A stretch of 64,000 nt of DNA, from contig JAPOWB010000003.1 in assembly GCA_026707815.1 (NCBI GenBank), positions 131,380-195,379 of the forward strand. The letters are read 5' to 3'. The notes below the pieces were generated by a model. That model made no database searches and was not told the DNA's origin. It saw only the letters and a program-made list of their open reading frames with translations. The number at the start of each line of letters is the position of its first letter. The stretch's first letter is position 1. This DNA is from Candidatus Saccharimonadota bacterium (GTDB taxonomy: Bacteria > Patescibacteriota > Saccharimonadia > Saccharimonadales > VXPC01). Shown here in pieces: positions 1 through 7,757 of this stretch. Both the position numbers and the translations under genes were made by a program.

Positions 1-733
1 CAAGTAGATGTTTGGGAATTATACTTAAAGTTAAATTGGTAGCAAATGGCGAAAAACTAGCTTCCAAAGTAAAGTTCACTGTATAATCATCAATTTTATC
101 CACTCCGACTCCCTGCCAATTATCTCTTAAGGGTGACTGAGCTTCAGGATTTTGGATAGTCTCAATGGTGAAGATTAAATCATCGGCTGTAATCGGTTGA
201 CCATCATGCCATTTTAAATCTTTTTTCAAAGTTAAAGTGTATTGCTGAGTTTTATTATCGGCAGTAATTGATTGGGCTAAAATGGGGACTAACTTATTTT
301 GAAAATCATATTCAAACAAGCTGGCAAAGACCAATTCTGAAACAGCTTGATCAGGCTGAGTTGTCGCATAAATGGGATTAAAATTAGACGGACGACCAAC
401 CAGACCCTCAGTATAAGTTCCTCCTTCCGTATAATGAATCTGAGTATAAAGAGGAGTTAAAGCTCTGATTTGAAATAATGTACCAGAAATTAAAAAAGTA
501 ATAAAAACCATCCAAATAATTAAAAACAGCAACATATTGCCTGAATTAGGCAAACGACTGACCAAATAACGGTCTAGTTGTTGGCTGGTACTTAATTTTA
601 AATTTGGTTTGGTATCTAATTGATGCCAACCCCACCATCGAGACGATTTAGTCACATCTAGATGCGGAGTTTTATCATCTTCAAATTCAAATCGAGTCTC
701 CGAATTCTCGGACTGAGAATTAGCTTTAGGCAT
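1..733 (-). CDS. ABC-transporter solute-binding protein, family 5 (peptide/nickel type), N-terminal part; gene runs off the left edge
   Basis: Own translation of minus strand from ATG at 733: MPKANSQSE... An N-terminal TM/signal segment (MLLFLIIWMVFITFLISG) is followed by LVFASLFEYDFQNKLVPILAQS...TLTLKKDLKWHDGQPITADDLIFT, typical of the start of SBP family 5. Absent from the ORF track because there is no stop in the window. Confidence 0.6.
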   Translation of the reverse strand, partial: MPKANSQSENSETRFEFEDDKTPHLDVTKSSRWWGWHQLDTKPNLKLSTSQQLDRYLVSRLPNSGNMLLFLIIWMVFITFLISGTLFQIRALTPLYTQIHYTEGGTYTEGLVGRPSNFNPIYATTQPDQAVSELVFASLFEYDFQNKLVPILAQSITADNKTQQYTLTLKKDLKWHDGQPITADDLIFTIETIQNPEAQSPLRDNWQGVGVDKIDDYTVNFTLEASFSPFATNLTLSIIPKHLL

Positions 734-766
734 TTTGAAACTTTCCCCCTTTTTTCGGGTGGAGAT

Positions 767-991
767 TTAGCTAATCAATAAACCAGCCATTAAAGAAACA
801 GAGAAAATTACGACCAGTAAGATGGTAATTTGATGAATGGTTTTTTCACTGCCTCGACGGACACTACTGCCACCAGATTCACCACCACCACCTAGTCCAG
901 CTCCCAAAGTTGCCCCCCTAGTCTGCATTAAAATTAAGCTAATTAATAAGATGCCAGAAATTAAAACAATGTAATCTAAGATACTATCCAT
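767..991 (-). CDS. secG: Preprotein translocase subunit SecG
   Basis: 74 aa with two TM helices separated by a Gly-rich loop (LMQTRGATLGAGLGGGGESGGS), the characteristic SecG layout. Confidence 0.8.
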   Translation of the reverse strand: MDSILDYIVLISGILLISLILMQTRGATLGAGLGGGGESGGSSVRRGSEKTIHQITILLVVIFSVSLMAGLLIS

Positions 992-1130
992 AAAAATTAT
1001 TTATCACTATTATAGCAAAGTTTTACTCTGTGAATATAGTAGATTAATATTAAAAGACTGGCCAGATATTTTAGCGAAATTTGTGCAACAACATTGTCGA
1101 AGTTTACACAATTAACCCTTAGTCAATCAC

Positions 1131-1421
1131 CTATAAATACTTCTGCTCTATGTCTTGAGCAATTATTTTGCCATTATCCTTAGTAATGCAAATACGGGCT
1201 ACAGTAGATTCTTTGAAGGACTCACATTGAATTACTATTCTATTGTTTTCATTGTTATCTGATTTATTAGTCGTACAAGCGAAAGAACTTATGCCTAAAG
1301 CTAAAGCCCCCATAGAAAGTAAAGCTCTTTCCTTTAGCTTCTTAGATCTATCTTGTTGAAGAGTAGTGTATTCGCTATTGTGAGTAAATTTCCAAATTCC
1401 AATATAGTCTATATTATACAA
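1131..1421 (-). CDS. Small hypothetical secreted/lipoprotein-like protein
   Basis: ORF only. Internal hydrophobic signal-like stretch LLSMGALALGISSFAC. No recognisable family. Confidence 0.3.
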   Translation of the reverse strand: MYNIDYIGIWKFTHNSEYTTLQQDRSKKLKERALLSMGALALGISSFACTTNKSDNNENNRIVIQCESFKESTVARICITKDNGKIIAQDIEQKYL

Positions 1422-1542
1422 GTTTTATAAGTAATATCAAGGTTGTATAATCTGTTAAACATCTAGATTGCTAAATCCCAAAACTGTTAATTAAACAATA
1501 GTATATTGAAATTAGACTTAGTCACTTAATTAAAGTAATTTG

Positions 1543-1581
1543 AGGTATTACAAGTATGAATATGACGCTGATGGTAATGAG
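1543..1581 (+). repeat. Orphan fragment of a YD-like repeat cassette
   Basis: aggtattacaagtatgaatatgacgctgatggtaatgag matches 23205-23243 inside CDS 22557-23531 with 3 mismatches in 39 nt. It has no promoter or leader, and tracked ORF 1540-1785 continues into unrelated sequence. Confidence 0.7.
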
Positions 1582-1824
1582 AGTATAATTCACACTACGC
1601 CACTCATAAATAAAGTTTTATTATTATCTTGGATAGCATTAGCTATACAAATAATGCCAATAATCCAACCAAACAGAGATACACTAAATAGATTGACTAT
1701 GCTAACCCCTAAAAATCCAAATACAAAGCTCTTTATCGCCTCTTTTAGGATTTATCTTTATTTAAAAAATGCCAAAACTCAATAAAATCATCGTCTTTGT
1801 TCGCCATAACATTTTATAAATCAA

Positions 1825-2319
1825 TTAGTGGTAATACTTGGTATCTATTAACCTGCCATCACCATCAAACCATTCTCTTTTAATCAACTCACCATCAGCA
1901 TCCCATTCATACTGGTAATACCGACTTAAATCACCATCAGCATCATACCATTCTGACTTTATCAGATTACTATCACCATCATATTCATATTGGTGATAAC
2001 TTGCTAAACTACCATCTGCATTATAGTCCTCTCTTTTAATCTGATTACCATCAGCATCATATTCATACTTATTGGATTGCCATAACTTGCCATCAGCACC
2101 ATAGTATTCAACACTAATCAAATTACCATCAGCATCACACAAAATATATTTTATTGTATCTGTATCTTTAGGACATTCTGTTTTATCTTTGGGGGTATCA
2201 ACTGGAGCTTTATTGAGTGGTTTTACTTCATCACCACTAGTTAAAGCATAGATGGTTATGCCAATGCCAACCAGTAAGACAATGATACTGGTAAGAATAA
2301 TGATTAGCTTTTTATTCAT
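1825..2319 (-). CDS. Membrane-anchored YD-like repeat protein (13-aa Y-D-x-D-G-N/K-L-I-K-x-E periodicity)
   Basis: Likely start is MNKKLIIILTSIIVLLVGIGITIYALTS (ATG at 2319; the track starts 11 codons earlier). Leader and KDKTECPKDTD module are near-identical to CDS 22557-23531. Body is YEYDADGNQIKRE / YDADGDLSRYYQ repeats, and the C-terminus DGDGRLIDTKYYH is shared with the paralog. Confidence 0.75.
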   Translation of the reverse strand: MNKKLIIILTSIIVLLVGIGITIYALTSGDEVKPLNKAPVDTPKDKTECPKDTDTIKYILCDADGNLISVEYYGADGKLWQSNKYEYDADGNQIKREDYNADGSLASYHQYEYDGDSNLIKSEWYDADGDLSRYYQYEWDADGELIKREWFDGDGRLIDTKYYH

Positions 2320-2398
2320 TAAATATAAGTATATCTCATAATCAATTACCAAAAAACAAACCCCCTAGTTAACATAATAATAATTACATTAAGTAGGA

Positions 2399-2427
2399 TT
2401 GATTTTTATCTGTAAAAATGATATAAT
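2399..2427 (+). promoter_or_regulatory. Sigma70-type promoter with extended -10, near-leaderless, for CDS 2436-2873
   Basis: TTGATT (2399-2404), 17 nt spacer, TGaTATAAT (-10 at 2422-2427), then 8 nt to ATG 2436. The same 29-nt element recurs at 21858-21886. Confidence 0.7.
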
Positions 2428-2435
2428 GGTTTCTT

Positions 2436-2873
2436 ATGATGACAAAAAATAAAAACACTATTCAATCTCCTAAAACTAATAGAGAAAGACAATATAGTGC
2501 TGAAGGTAGTTTGAATGGTATTGAACTCTATGATACCAATGGTAATAAGAGTAAACAAAACATCTACGATACTAATGGTAATCGGATTAAATCAGAATAC
2601 TATGATGCATATGGTAAGCTGATTAAAACAGAACACTATGATGCAAATGGTAATTTAAGGGAGTATTTCAGGTCTAAATATGATACCAATGGTAATAAGG
2701 TTAAAAAAGAAAAGTATTGGGGTAGTGGTAAGAGGTATGCAACAGAACACTATGATGCAGATGGTAATTTAATGTTTTATAACAGGTATGAATATGGTGA
2801 TGATGGTGATTTGATTACACTATACAGCCATAATGGTAATCATCAGTTAGTGGATAGGATGCATTTTAATTGA
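2436..2873 (+). CDS. YD-like repeat protein without signal peptide
   Basis: Repeats YDTNGNRIKSEYYDAYGKLIKTEHYDANGNL... The N-terminus MMTKNKNTIQSPKTNRERQYSAEGSL parallels MINKNTIKFPTDNIERQYNADDNL of CDS 21898-22455. Confidence 0.75.
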   Translation: MMTKNKNTIQSPKTNRERQYSAEGSLNGIELYDTNGNKSKQNIYDTNGNRIKSEYYDAYGKLIKTEHYDANGNLREYFRSKYDTNGNKVKKEKYWGSGKRYATEHYDADGNLMFYNRYEYGDDGDLITLYSHNGNHQLVDRMHFN

Positions 2874-2876
2874 TTT

Positions 2877-3113
2877 TTATAAGGCTTTCAGCCATTCGGC
2901 TTTATAGACATCTAAAATCTTTTTAATGGCAGTTAACTCACTTGGCAACTTGCTTATAAAAAGCTCTAAATCCTCAACCTCATATAAAGTAGTATCGTCA
3001 GTTTGAGGGGCTTTTAAGATAGCTATATTGTTTTCTAAATCAATCTCAATACTTATAAAAGGCTTACCATCAACTTGGCTGACTAGTTTTAAAGGCTCTT
3101 TCTTTTTAGTCAT
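2877..3113 (-). CDS. Hypothetical protein (78 aa)
   Basis: ORF only; no motif recognised. Confidence 0.35.
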   Translation of the reverse strand: MTKKKEPLKLVSQVDGKPFISIEIDLENNIAILKAPQTDDTTLYEVEDLELFISKLPSELTAIKKILDVYKAEWLKAL

Positions 3114-3208
3114 ATTTTATCCTTAAAATCCAATGTAATGTAATTGTAGCTATTTTTAGTTTTGGAGATTAATAAGATAATATGGTAAGTAAATAGTAGG
3201 ATATTTGG

Positions 3209-4033
3209 ATGGCTAAAATTTTAACTAAAAAACGATTATTGGAACACTCGGAAACAGAAAGCTATTTTAATCATGAGAATTTAAAAATTTACCAGCAAGA
3301 TTTTCTTAAATTAAAGACTCTGAAACCTAATACGATTGATTTAATCATTACCTCACCCCCTTATAATGTCAACATTGATTATAATTCCAATCCAGATGAT
3401 TTAAGTTATGAAGATTATTTGATTTTCAGCCATGCTTGGTTAAGTAAGTGTTATGAATTAGCTAAAAATGATGGACGACTGTGTTTGAATATACCCTTGG
3501 ATAAAAACAAAAATGGTCAGAGACCTGTTTATGCCGATTTGATGAACATTATTAAGCAGATTGGTTGGTCGTATCATTCAACAATTATTTGGCATGAAAG
3601 CAATATTTCTCGTCGAACTGCTTGGGGTTCATGGTTATCAGCTTGAGCTCCTTATGTTATTGCTCCAGTAGAAGTCATCGTGGTACTTTATAAAAAGTGT
3701 TGGAAAAAACACCTGAAAGGTCAATCTGACATCAACAAATCAGAATTTATGGCTTGGACTAATGGGGTTTGGCAATTTAATGGTCAATCTAAAGCTGGAG
3801 CCGGTGGACATCCAGCTGCTTTTCCGATTGAATTACCAAAAAGATGCCTTAAGTTATTTAGCTATGTTGGAGACACTATTTTAGATCCCTTTTTAGGTAG
3901 CGGTAGCACCTTGATTGCTACTCATCTGAATAACAGACAAGGTATTGGAGCTGAAATAGATAAGCATTATTGTGATATTGCTATCCAGAGATTGCAAAAA
4001 GAAGCTAAAATTAATCAGATTGATTTATTGTAA
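3209..4033 (+). pseudogene. Beta-class N4/N6 DNA methyltransferase interrupted by one in-frame TGA (3644-3646)
   Basis: Motif IV IITSPPYNV lies in the first ORF and motif I DPFLGSGST in the second, and both ORFs share one frame (3680-3209=471). Sequence across the stop, WGSWLSA*APYVIAPVEVIVVLYKK, still looks like the conserved family core. No restriction endonuclease partner is evident. Confidence 0.75.
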
Positions 4034-4073
4034 TTGATGAGTGAAAACAGTTTATCTTGGATTCCTGTAATCT

Positions 4074-5567
4074 CTATCTTTGATTATTTAAATAATCTGT
4101 AACAATCTTAGTTTGCTGAGCATTCAAAGCCTCACTTAATTGAATTTGGTCAGCTTTTTTCAGATTGGCAACTGAACCAAACTTTCTCAATAATCTCTGG
4201 TATGTTACCTGCCCAATGCCTGGTAAATCCAATAAAGAACTCTTAAGTTGAGATTGTTTTTGAAGCTGATTATGATACCTCAGAGCCAAGCGATGAGAAG
4301 CATCTCGCAGTCTTTGGAGCAGCTTCATCAGATGAGTTGTCAAAGGAATATCTAAAGTTGTAAAGTGAGCAGAAGTTGAAATTTTAGCCTGCAGTTGATC
4401 AACATAATCCTGATTCAGAGTTAAGGTTTTGGTTTTAAATATGATTTGTTCCCTCTTTTTAGCCAAGCCAATCACTGGAATTATTAGCTGAACTTCCCCC
4501 AAAGCTTCCAAGACAGCACTAACCTGACCTTTACCACCATCAATTAAAATTAAATCTGGCTTGGCAAGTGCTAAAGTTTTTGATTCTAAACGACGTTTGA
4601 TAACATCTTTGATTTGACCAACATCATTATTGCCTTGAACTTTAGCCTTAAATCGTCGATTTAAATGAGGCTGGATAACTCCATTTATAGCAACAATCAT
4701 TGAAGCCGCCGTATCTTGACCGCTAATATGACTAATATCATAGGTTTCAATTCGATTTAAGGTTGATGTCAGATTAAAAAGTTTTTGCAAATCAGAAATT
4801 GCCTGATCAGAACCTAAATTTAATTTAGCCATATCTGAAAAAACTAAGGAGGGACGAAAATTAGCCAAAGCCATAATTTGATTCCTTAGATTTGTAGCTT
4901 TTTCATATTCCAAATTATCAGAGGCTTGATGCATTAATTTAGTTAATTTTCTCACTAAACTGGCTTGTTGCCCTTTTAAACAATCTCTCAGATTGCCTAA
5001 ATTAAGCAGAGCTTGTTTGGAGTCGAAATCATCAGTTTCAGGACCCGGGCATAAACCCAAATGATAATCCAAGCAAGCTTTTGAGGGTAATTGTTGATGT
5101 GTAGAGAATGGAAAATATTTTCTTAAATATTTTAAGACTCGCTTTAAAGTTCGTCCTTCGATAAATGGACCTAGACAATCATCAACTTCAAAATTGGGAT
5201 TGGCTCGAGTAACTAGTAAACGGGGATGATTGGTTTGAAAGCTGAAATAAGCATAAAACCAATGATTATAAGAAGGATTCCGCTGAGTGACATTATATTT
5301 AGGTTGATAACGTTTGATCATTTCAGCTTCCAAATACAAAGCTTGAAGAGGATTGTCTGTTAATGTCCAACGAATATCAGTAATCTGCTGTCGCAGATAT
5401 CTGTCTTTTAAAGTTAGAGTATTCTGATGACCAAAATATGACTTAACTCTCTGACGTAAATTCGAAGCTTTTCCGACATAGATAATCTGGTCTTTGGCAT
5501 TTAAATGATAATAAATCCCTGCTTGGGTTGGTAGTTGTTCTAATTTGGTTTTTAAATCTTGACTCAT
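4074..5567 (-). CDS. uvrC: Excinuclease ABC subunit C
   Basis: N-terminal GIY-YIG (GIYYHLNAKDQIIYVGKASNLRQRVKSYF), a UvrC central/endonuclease region and a C-terminal HhH-like tail. At 497 aa it is shorter than the typical UvrC. Confidence 0.85.
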   Translation of the reverse strand: MSQDLKTKLEQLPTQAGIYYHLNAKDQIIYVGKASNLRQRVKSYFGHQNTLTLKDRYLRQQITDIRWTLTDNPLQALYLEAEMIKRYQPKYNVTQRNPSYNHWFYAYFSFQTNHPRLLVTRANPNFEVDDCLGPFIEGRTLKRVLKYLRKYFPFSTHQQLPSKACLDYHLGLCPGPETDDFDSKQALLNLGNLRDCLKGQQASLVRKLTKLMHQASDNLEYEKATNLRNQIMALANFRPSLVFSDMAKLNLGSDQAISDLQKLFNLTSTLNRIETYDISHISGQDTAASMIVAINGVIQPHLNRRFKAKVQGNNDVGQIKDVIKRRLESKTLALAKPDLILIDGGKGQVSAVLEALGEVQLIIPVIGLAKKREQIIFKTKTLTLNQDYVDQLQAKISTSAHFTTLDIPLTTHLMKLLQRLRDASHRLALRYHNQLQKQSQLKSSLLDLPGIGQVTYQRLLRKFGSVANLKKADQIQLSEALNAQQTKIVTDYLNNQR

Positions 5568-6427
5568 TTGCGAGTGCGACTACTAACAGTCGGATTTTGA
5601 CAATGATAATATGGTTGTTTCTGGCAATTAAGGCAAACCACTAATTGACGATTGCAATCATCACAGTTAACCTGATCTGAAGTTTTATTCTGACAAACTA
5701 GGCATTGGGCAATATCTTGGGCTTTTTTTGAAAAACCCAGCTGCATTCTCCGATCAAAGACATAGCACTTACCCTGCCATAAACCCCCATCACCATAAGT
5801 TTGACCGTACTTAATAATGCCTCCCCGAAGATGATGAACTGTCTCAAACCCCTCAGATTGCATATAGGCACTCAAATATTCACATCGAACATCTCCAGTG
5901 CAATAGGTTAAAATAGGTTGATCTTTGGGTAATTTCGCCACTATTGGCTTAATATCCTTGAAAGTCTTAATCTTGGGTTTAATTAGATTATCGACTTTGA
6001 AAGATCCGATTTCAGATTCATAATAGTTACGCGCATCTAAGACTAAAGTTTGAGGATGCTCCGTTAGATATTCATGCCACTGCTTTGGACTTAAACCCTT
6101 AGATGAATTGAAAGCATTAAATTCCTTGATAGCCTCTAAAGTTACTGGCTCAGGGCGAACTTTAACGGATAGTTTGGGAAAATCAAACTCTGAGCCATCG
6201 GTTAACTTATATTCAATATCTGAAAAAATGTCTAAAGCTTTCATGGCTTTTTTATAAGCTTTTAAATTAGATAAATTTCCACCCAAAGTTCCATTGATGC
6301 CAATGCTAGAGACAATAATCCGACCCTTCAGATTCAATCTCTGGCAAAGTTCATTCTGCCAGAGTTGAATTACTTTAGGTTGATCAATGGAGCAAAATTT
6401 ATAATATAAAATAATTTTTTTCATCAT
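5564..6427 (-). CDS. trhO: Rhodanese-domain protein of the UPF0176/YceA (TrhO, tRNA U34 hydroxylase) family
   Basis: N-terminal YYKF...LKGRIIVSSIGINGTLGG, a rhodanese active-site region (LTYCTGDVRCE) and a Cys-rich C-terminal tail. Ends in TGA overlapping the uvrC start. Confidence 0.7.
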   Translation of the reverse strand: MMKKIILYYKFCSIDQPKVIQLWQNELCQRLNLKGRIIVSSIGINGTLGGNLSNLKAYKKAMKALDIFSDIEYKLTDGSEFDFPKLSVKVRPEPVTLEAIKEFNAFNSSKGLSPKQWHEYLTEHPQTLVLDARNYYESEIGSFKVDNLIKPKIKTFKDIKPIVAKLPKDQPILTYCTGDVRCEYLSAYMQSEGFETVHHLRGGIIKYGQTYGDGGLWQGKCYVFDRRMQLGFSKKAQDIAQCLVCQNKTSDQVNCDDCNRQLVVCLNCQKQPYYHCQNPTVSSRTRK

Positions 6428-6458
6428 GAAAGATTTTATCCAAGGTATTCAAAGATAG

Positions 6459-7127
6459 TTAAACAATTAAACTGCTGTAAAGCAAACCAGTCGCTAAAGG
6501 AATAGTTAAATTATCCAAGCCCTTAAAGCTGACAAATTCTAGACCAGAAACAACAGCCGCCGTGGAGACAATATGCATGCAGACAAAAACTAGGCTAGGC
6601 TTATAATCAACTGCCAAAATCCAAAATAATAAACCAGAAATAATGACAATGACAAAACTAGTGAACATCCCAGCTAAAGACTTGGTCGAACCAAAAACAT
6701 TATATTTGATTCGACCATACTTTGTGCCAATAATAGCGGCAAAACCATCAGCCAAACCTAAATTAATAACCGCCAAGGCATAGACAGTTGGATCAGGAAA
6801 CAGTAACGAAGTTAAGATGATACCGATGACGTAAGAGACTTCACCATAAGTGACTCGATTAATGCCAAAAATTGAATTGAAAATCTTGAGTTGCTGAGCG
6901 ACTAAAATAGCTAAAATTAAAAACAGACCCAAATAAGTTACTTCTAGCTGAGTTAAATTGAATCGCCAGGTCGCCATCCAAAAAGCAATCAAGATATGGG
7001 TTAATTTTCTAGAATATTCGCCAACGATTAATCGCCAATGAAATAACACCTGAACGCTTATGACAATTAAGCCAATCACTCCCAAGTACAGACAGGCAAT
7101 AGCAACATTTTCTAAACTAAAAGGCAT
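6459..7127 (-). CDS. Polytopic membrane protein, CdsA/dolichol-kinase-like (CTP-dependent) family
   Basis: About 7 TM segments and the motif GLADGFAAIIGTKYGR, resembling cytidylyltransferase family 1 / polyprenol kinases. Confidence 0.45.
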   Translation of the reverse strand: MPFSLENVAIACLYLGVIGLIVISVQVLFHWRLIVGEYSRKLTHILIAFWMATWRFNLTQLEVTYLGLFLILAILVAQQLKIFNSIFGINRVTYGEVSYVIGIILTSLLFPDPTVYALAVINLGLADGFAAIIGTKYGRIKYNVFGSTKSLAGMFTSFVIVIISGLLFWILAVDYKPSLVFVCMHIVSTAAVVSGLEFVSFKGLDNLTIPLATGLLYSSLIV

Positions 7128-7206
7128 TATCTAAGTTCTAATCAAACTGATTTATCATTTTTATTTTATAACATTCTGTTTGAGCTTCCATATTAAGACA
7201 TATTTA

Positions 7207-7215
7207 TGCTATAAT
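7207..7215 (+). promoter_or_regulatory. Extended -10 element (TGcTATAAT) 8 nt upstream of ATG 7224
   Basis: The sequence tgctataat gtctagtc ATG implies a leaderless or near-leaderless transcript. Confidence 0.5.
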
Positions 7216-7223
7216 GTCTAGTC

Positions 7224-7472
7224 ATGAGTGAGCTCTATAAAAACTTTAACGCCGAACATCAGCCATCTGATAGCTTCATGGATAAATTTCCCAATCTTGC
7301 TGATGAGGAAATTTTAGATATGGCTAATTGGTATGGCATGTTGAGTGAACATGTTAAAGCTTTGATTTGCCAATCCGAAGTCATTAATCGTCGGCAGAAC
7401 CAAGCCACTGTCAGCCTTCAGCAAGCATTTGAAATGCGCAACCAACAAGCTTTGAGTTATTTTGAAGATTAA
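7224..7472 (+). CDS. Hypothetical protein (82 aa)
   Basis: ORF with its own extended -10 promoter; no family recognised. Confidence 0.4.
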   Translation: MSELYKNFNAEHQPSDSFMDKFPNLADEEILDMANWYGMLSEHVKALICQSEVINRRQNQATVSLQQAFEMRNQQALSYFED

Positions 7473-7482
7473 CCCCCCCCCC
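7473..7482 (+). repeat. C10 homopolymer tract
   Basis: Ten consecutive C directly after the TAA stop of CDS 7224-7472, in an AT-rich genome. Confidence 0.95.
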
Positions 7483-7575
7483 TCATTTTCAGCTGAAAAA
7501 GATTTGTTGCTGGGGAGAAAACTTCAAGCAAAATTATATTGAAGGACTCTGATATACTTTAACTAAGAAGAATTT

Positions 7576-7731
7576 ATGAAGTATTTATCTATTTTATTCA
7601 CTATTTTATTAATTTGGATTTCTATCTTAATTATTGTCGCCGTCAGACCAGAAGAAACTGGTTTTGAATTATTCCTAACTGTTATTGTTTGCACTTTGGC
7701 TTTATTCTTAATCGGCTTCGTTAAAAAATAA
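7576..7731 (+). CDS. Small two-TM membrane protein (51 aa, below ORF-track cutoff)
   Basis: Own translation: MKYLSILFTILLIWISILIIVAVRPEETGFELFLTVIVCTLALFLIGFVKK*. Same hairpin-TM design as CDS 11878-12066. Confidence 0.4.
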   Translation: MKYLSILFTILLIWISILIIVAVRPEETGFELFLTVIVCTLALFLIGFVKK

Positions 7732-7757
7732 TTTTTGAAAAAACTTCTAAAAGGCTA

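Noticed and set aside
1540-1785. 81-aa tracked ORF as a fifth YD-like gene
   Set aside because: Only the first ~13 codons are cassette-derived. The rest is unrelated AT-rich sequence with no promoter motif, so it is treated as a cassette fragment.
3644-3646. In-frame TGA in the methyltransferase as evidence for an alternative genetic code (UGA=Gly/Trp, as in Gracilibacteria/SR1 or Mollicutes)
   Set aside because: TGA terminates well-conserved genes at sensible lengths elsewhere (trhO at 5564-5566, tsaE at 14603-14605, KH-domain gene at 39738-39740). No other conserved gene in the window is interrupted by TGA.
7486-7499. Palindrome TTTTCAGCTGAAAA after the C10 tract as an intrinsic terminator
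   Set aside because: It would form only a 5-bp A/U stem with a 4-nt loop and has no U-run, which is too weak. It may be a protein-binding site, but there is no supporting evidence.
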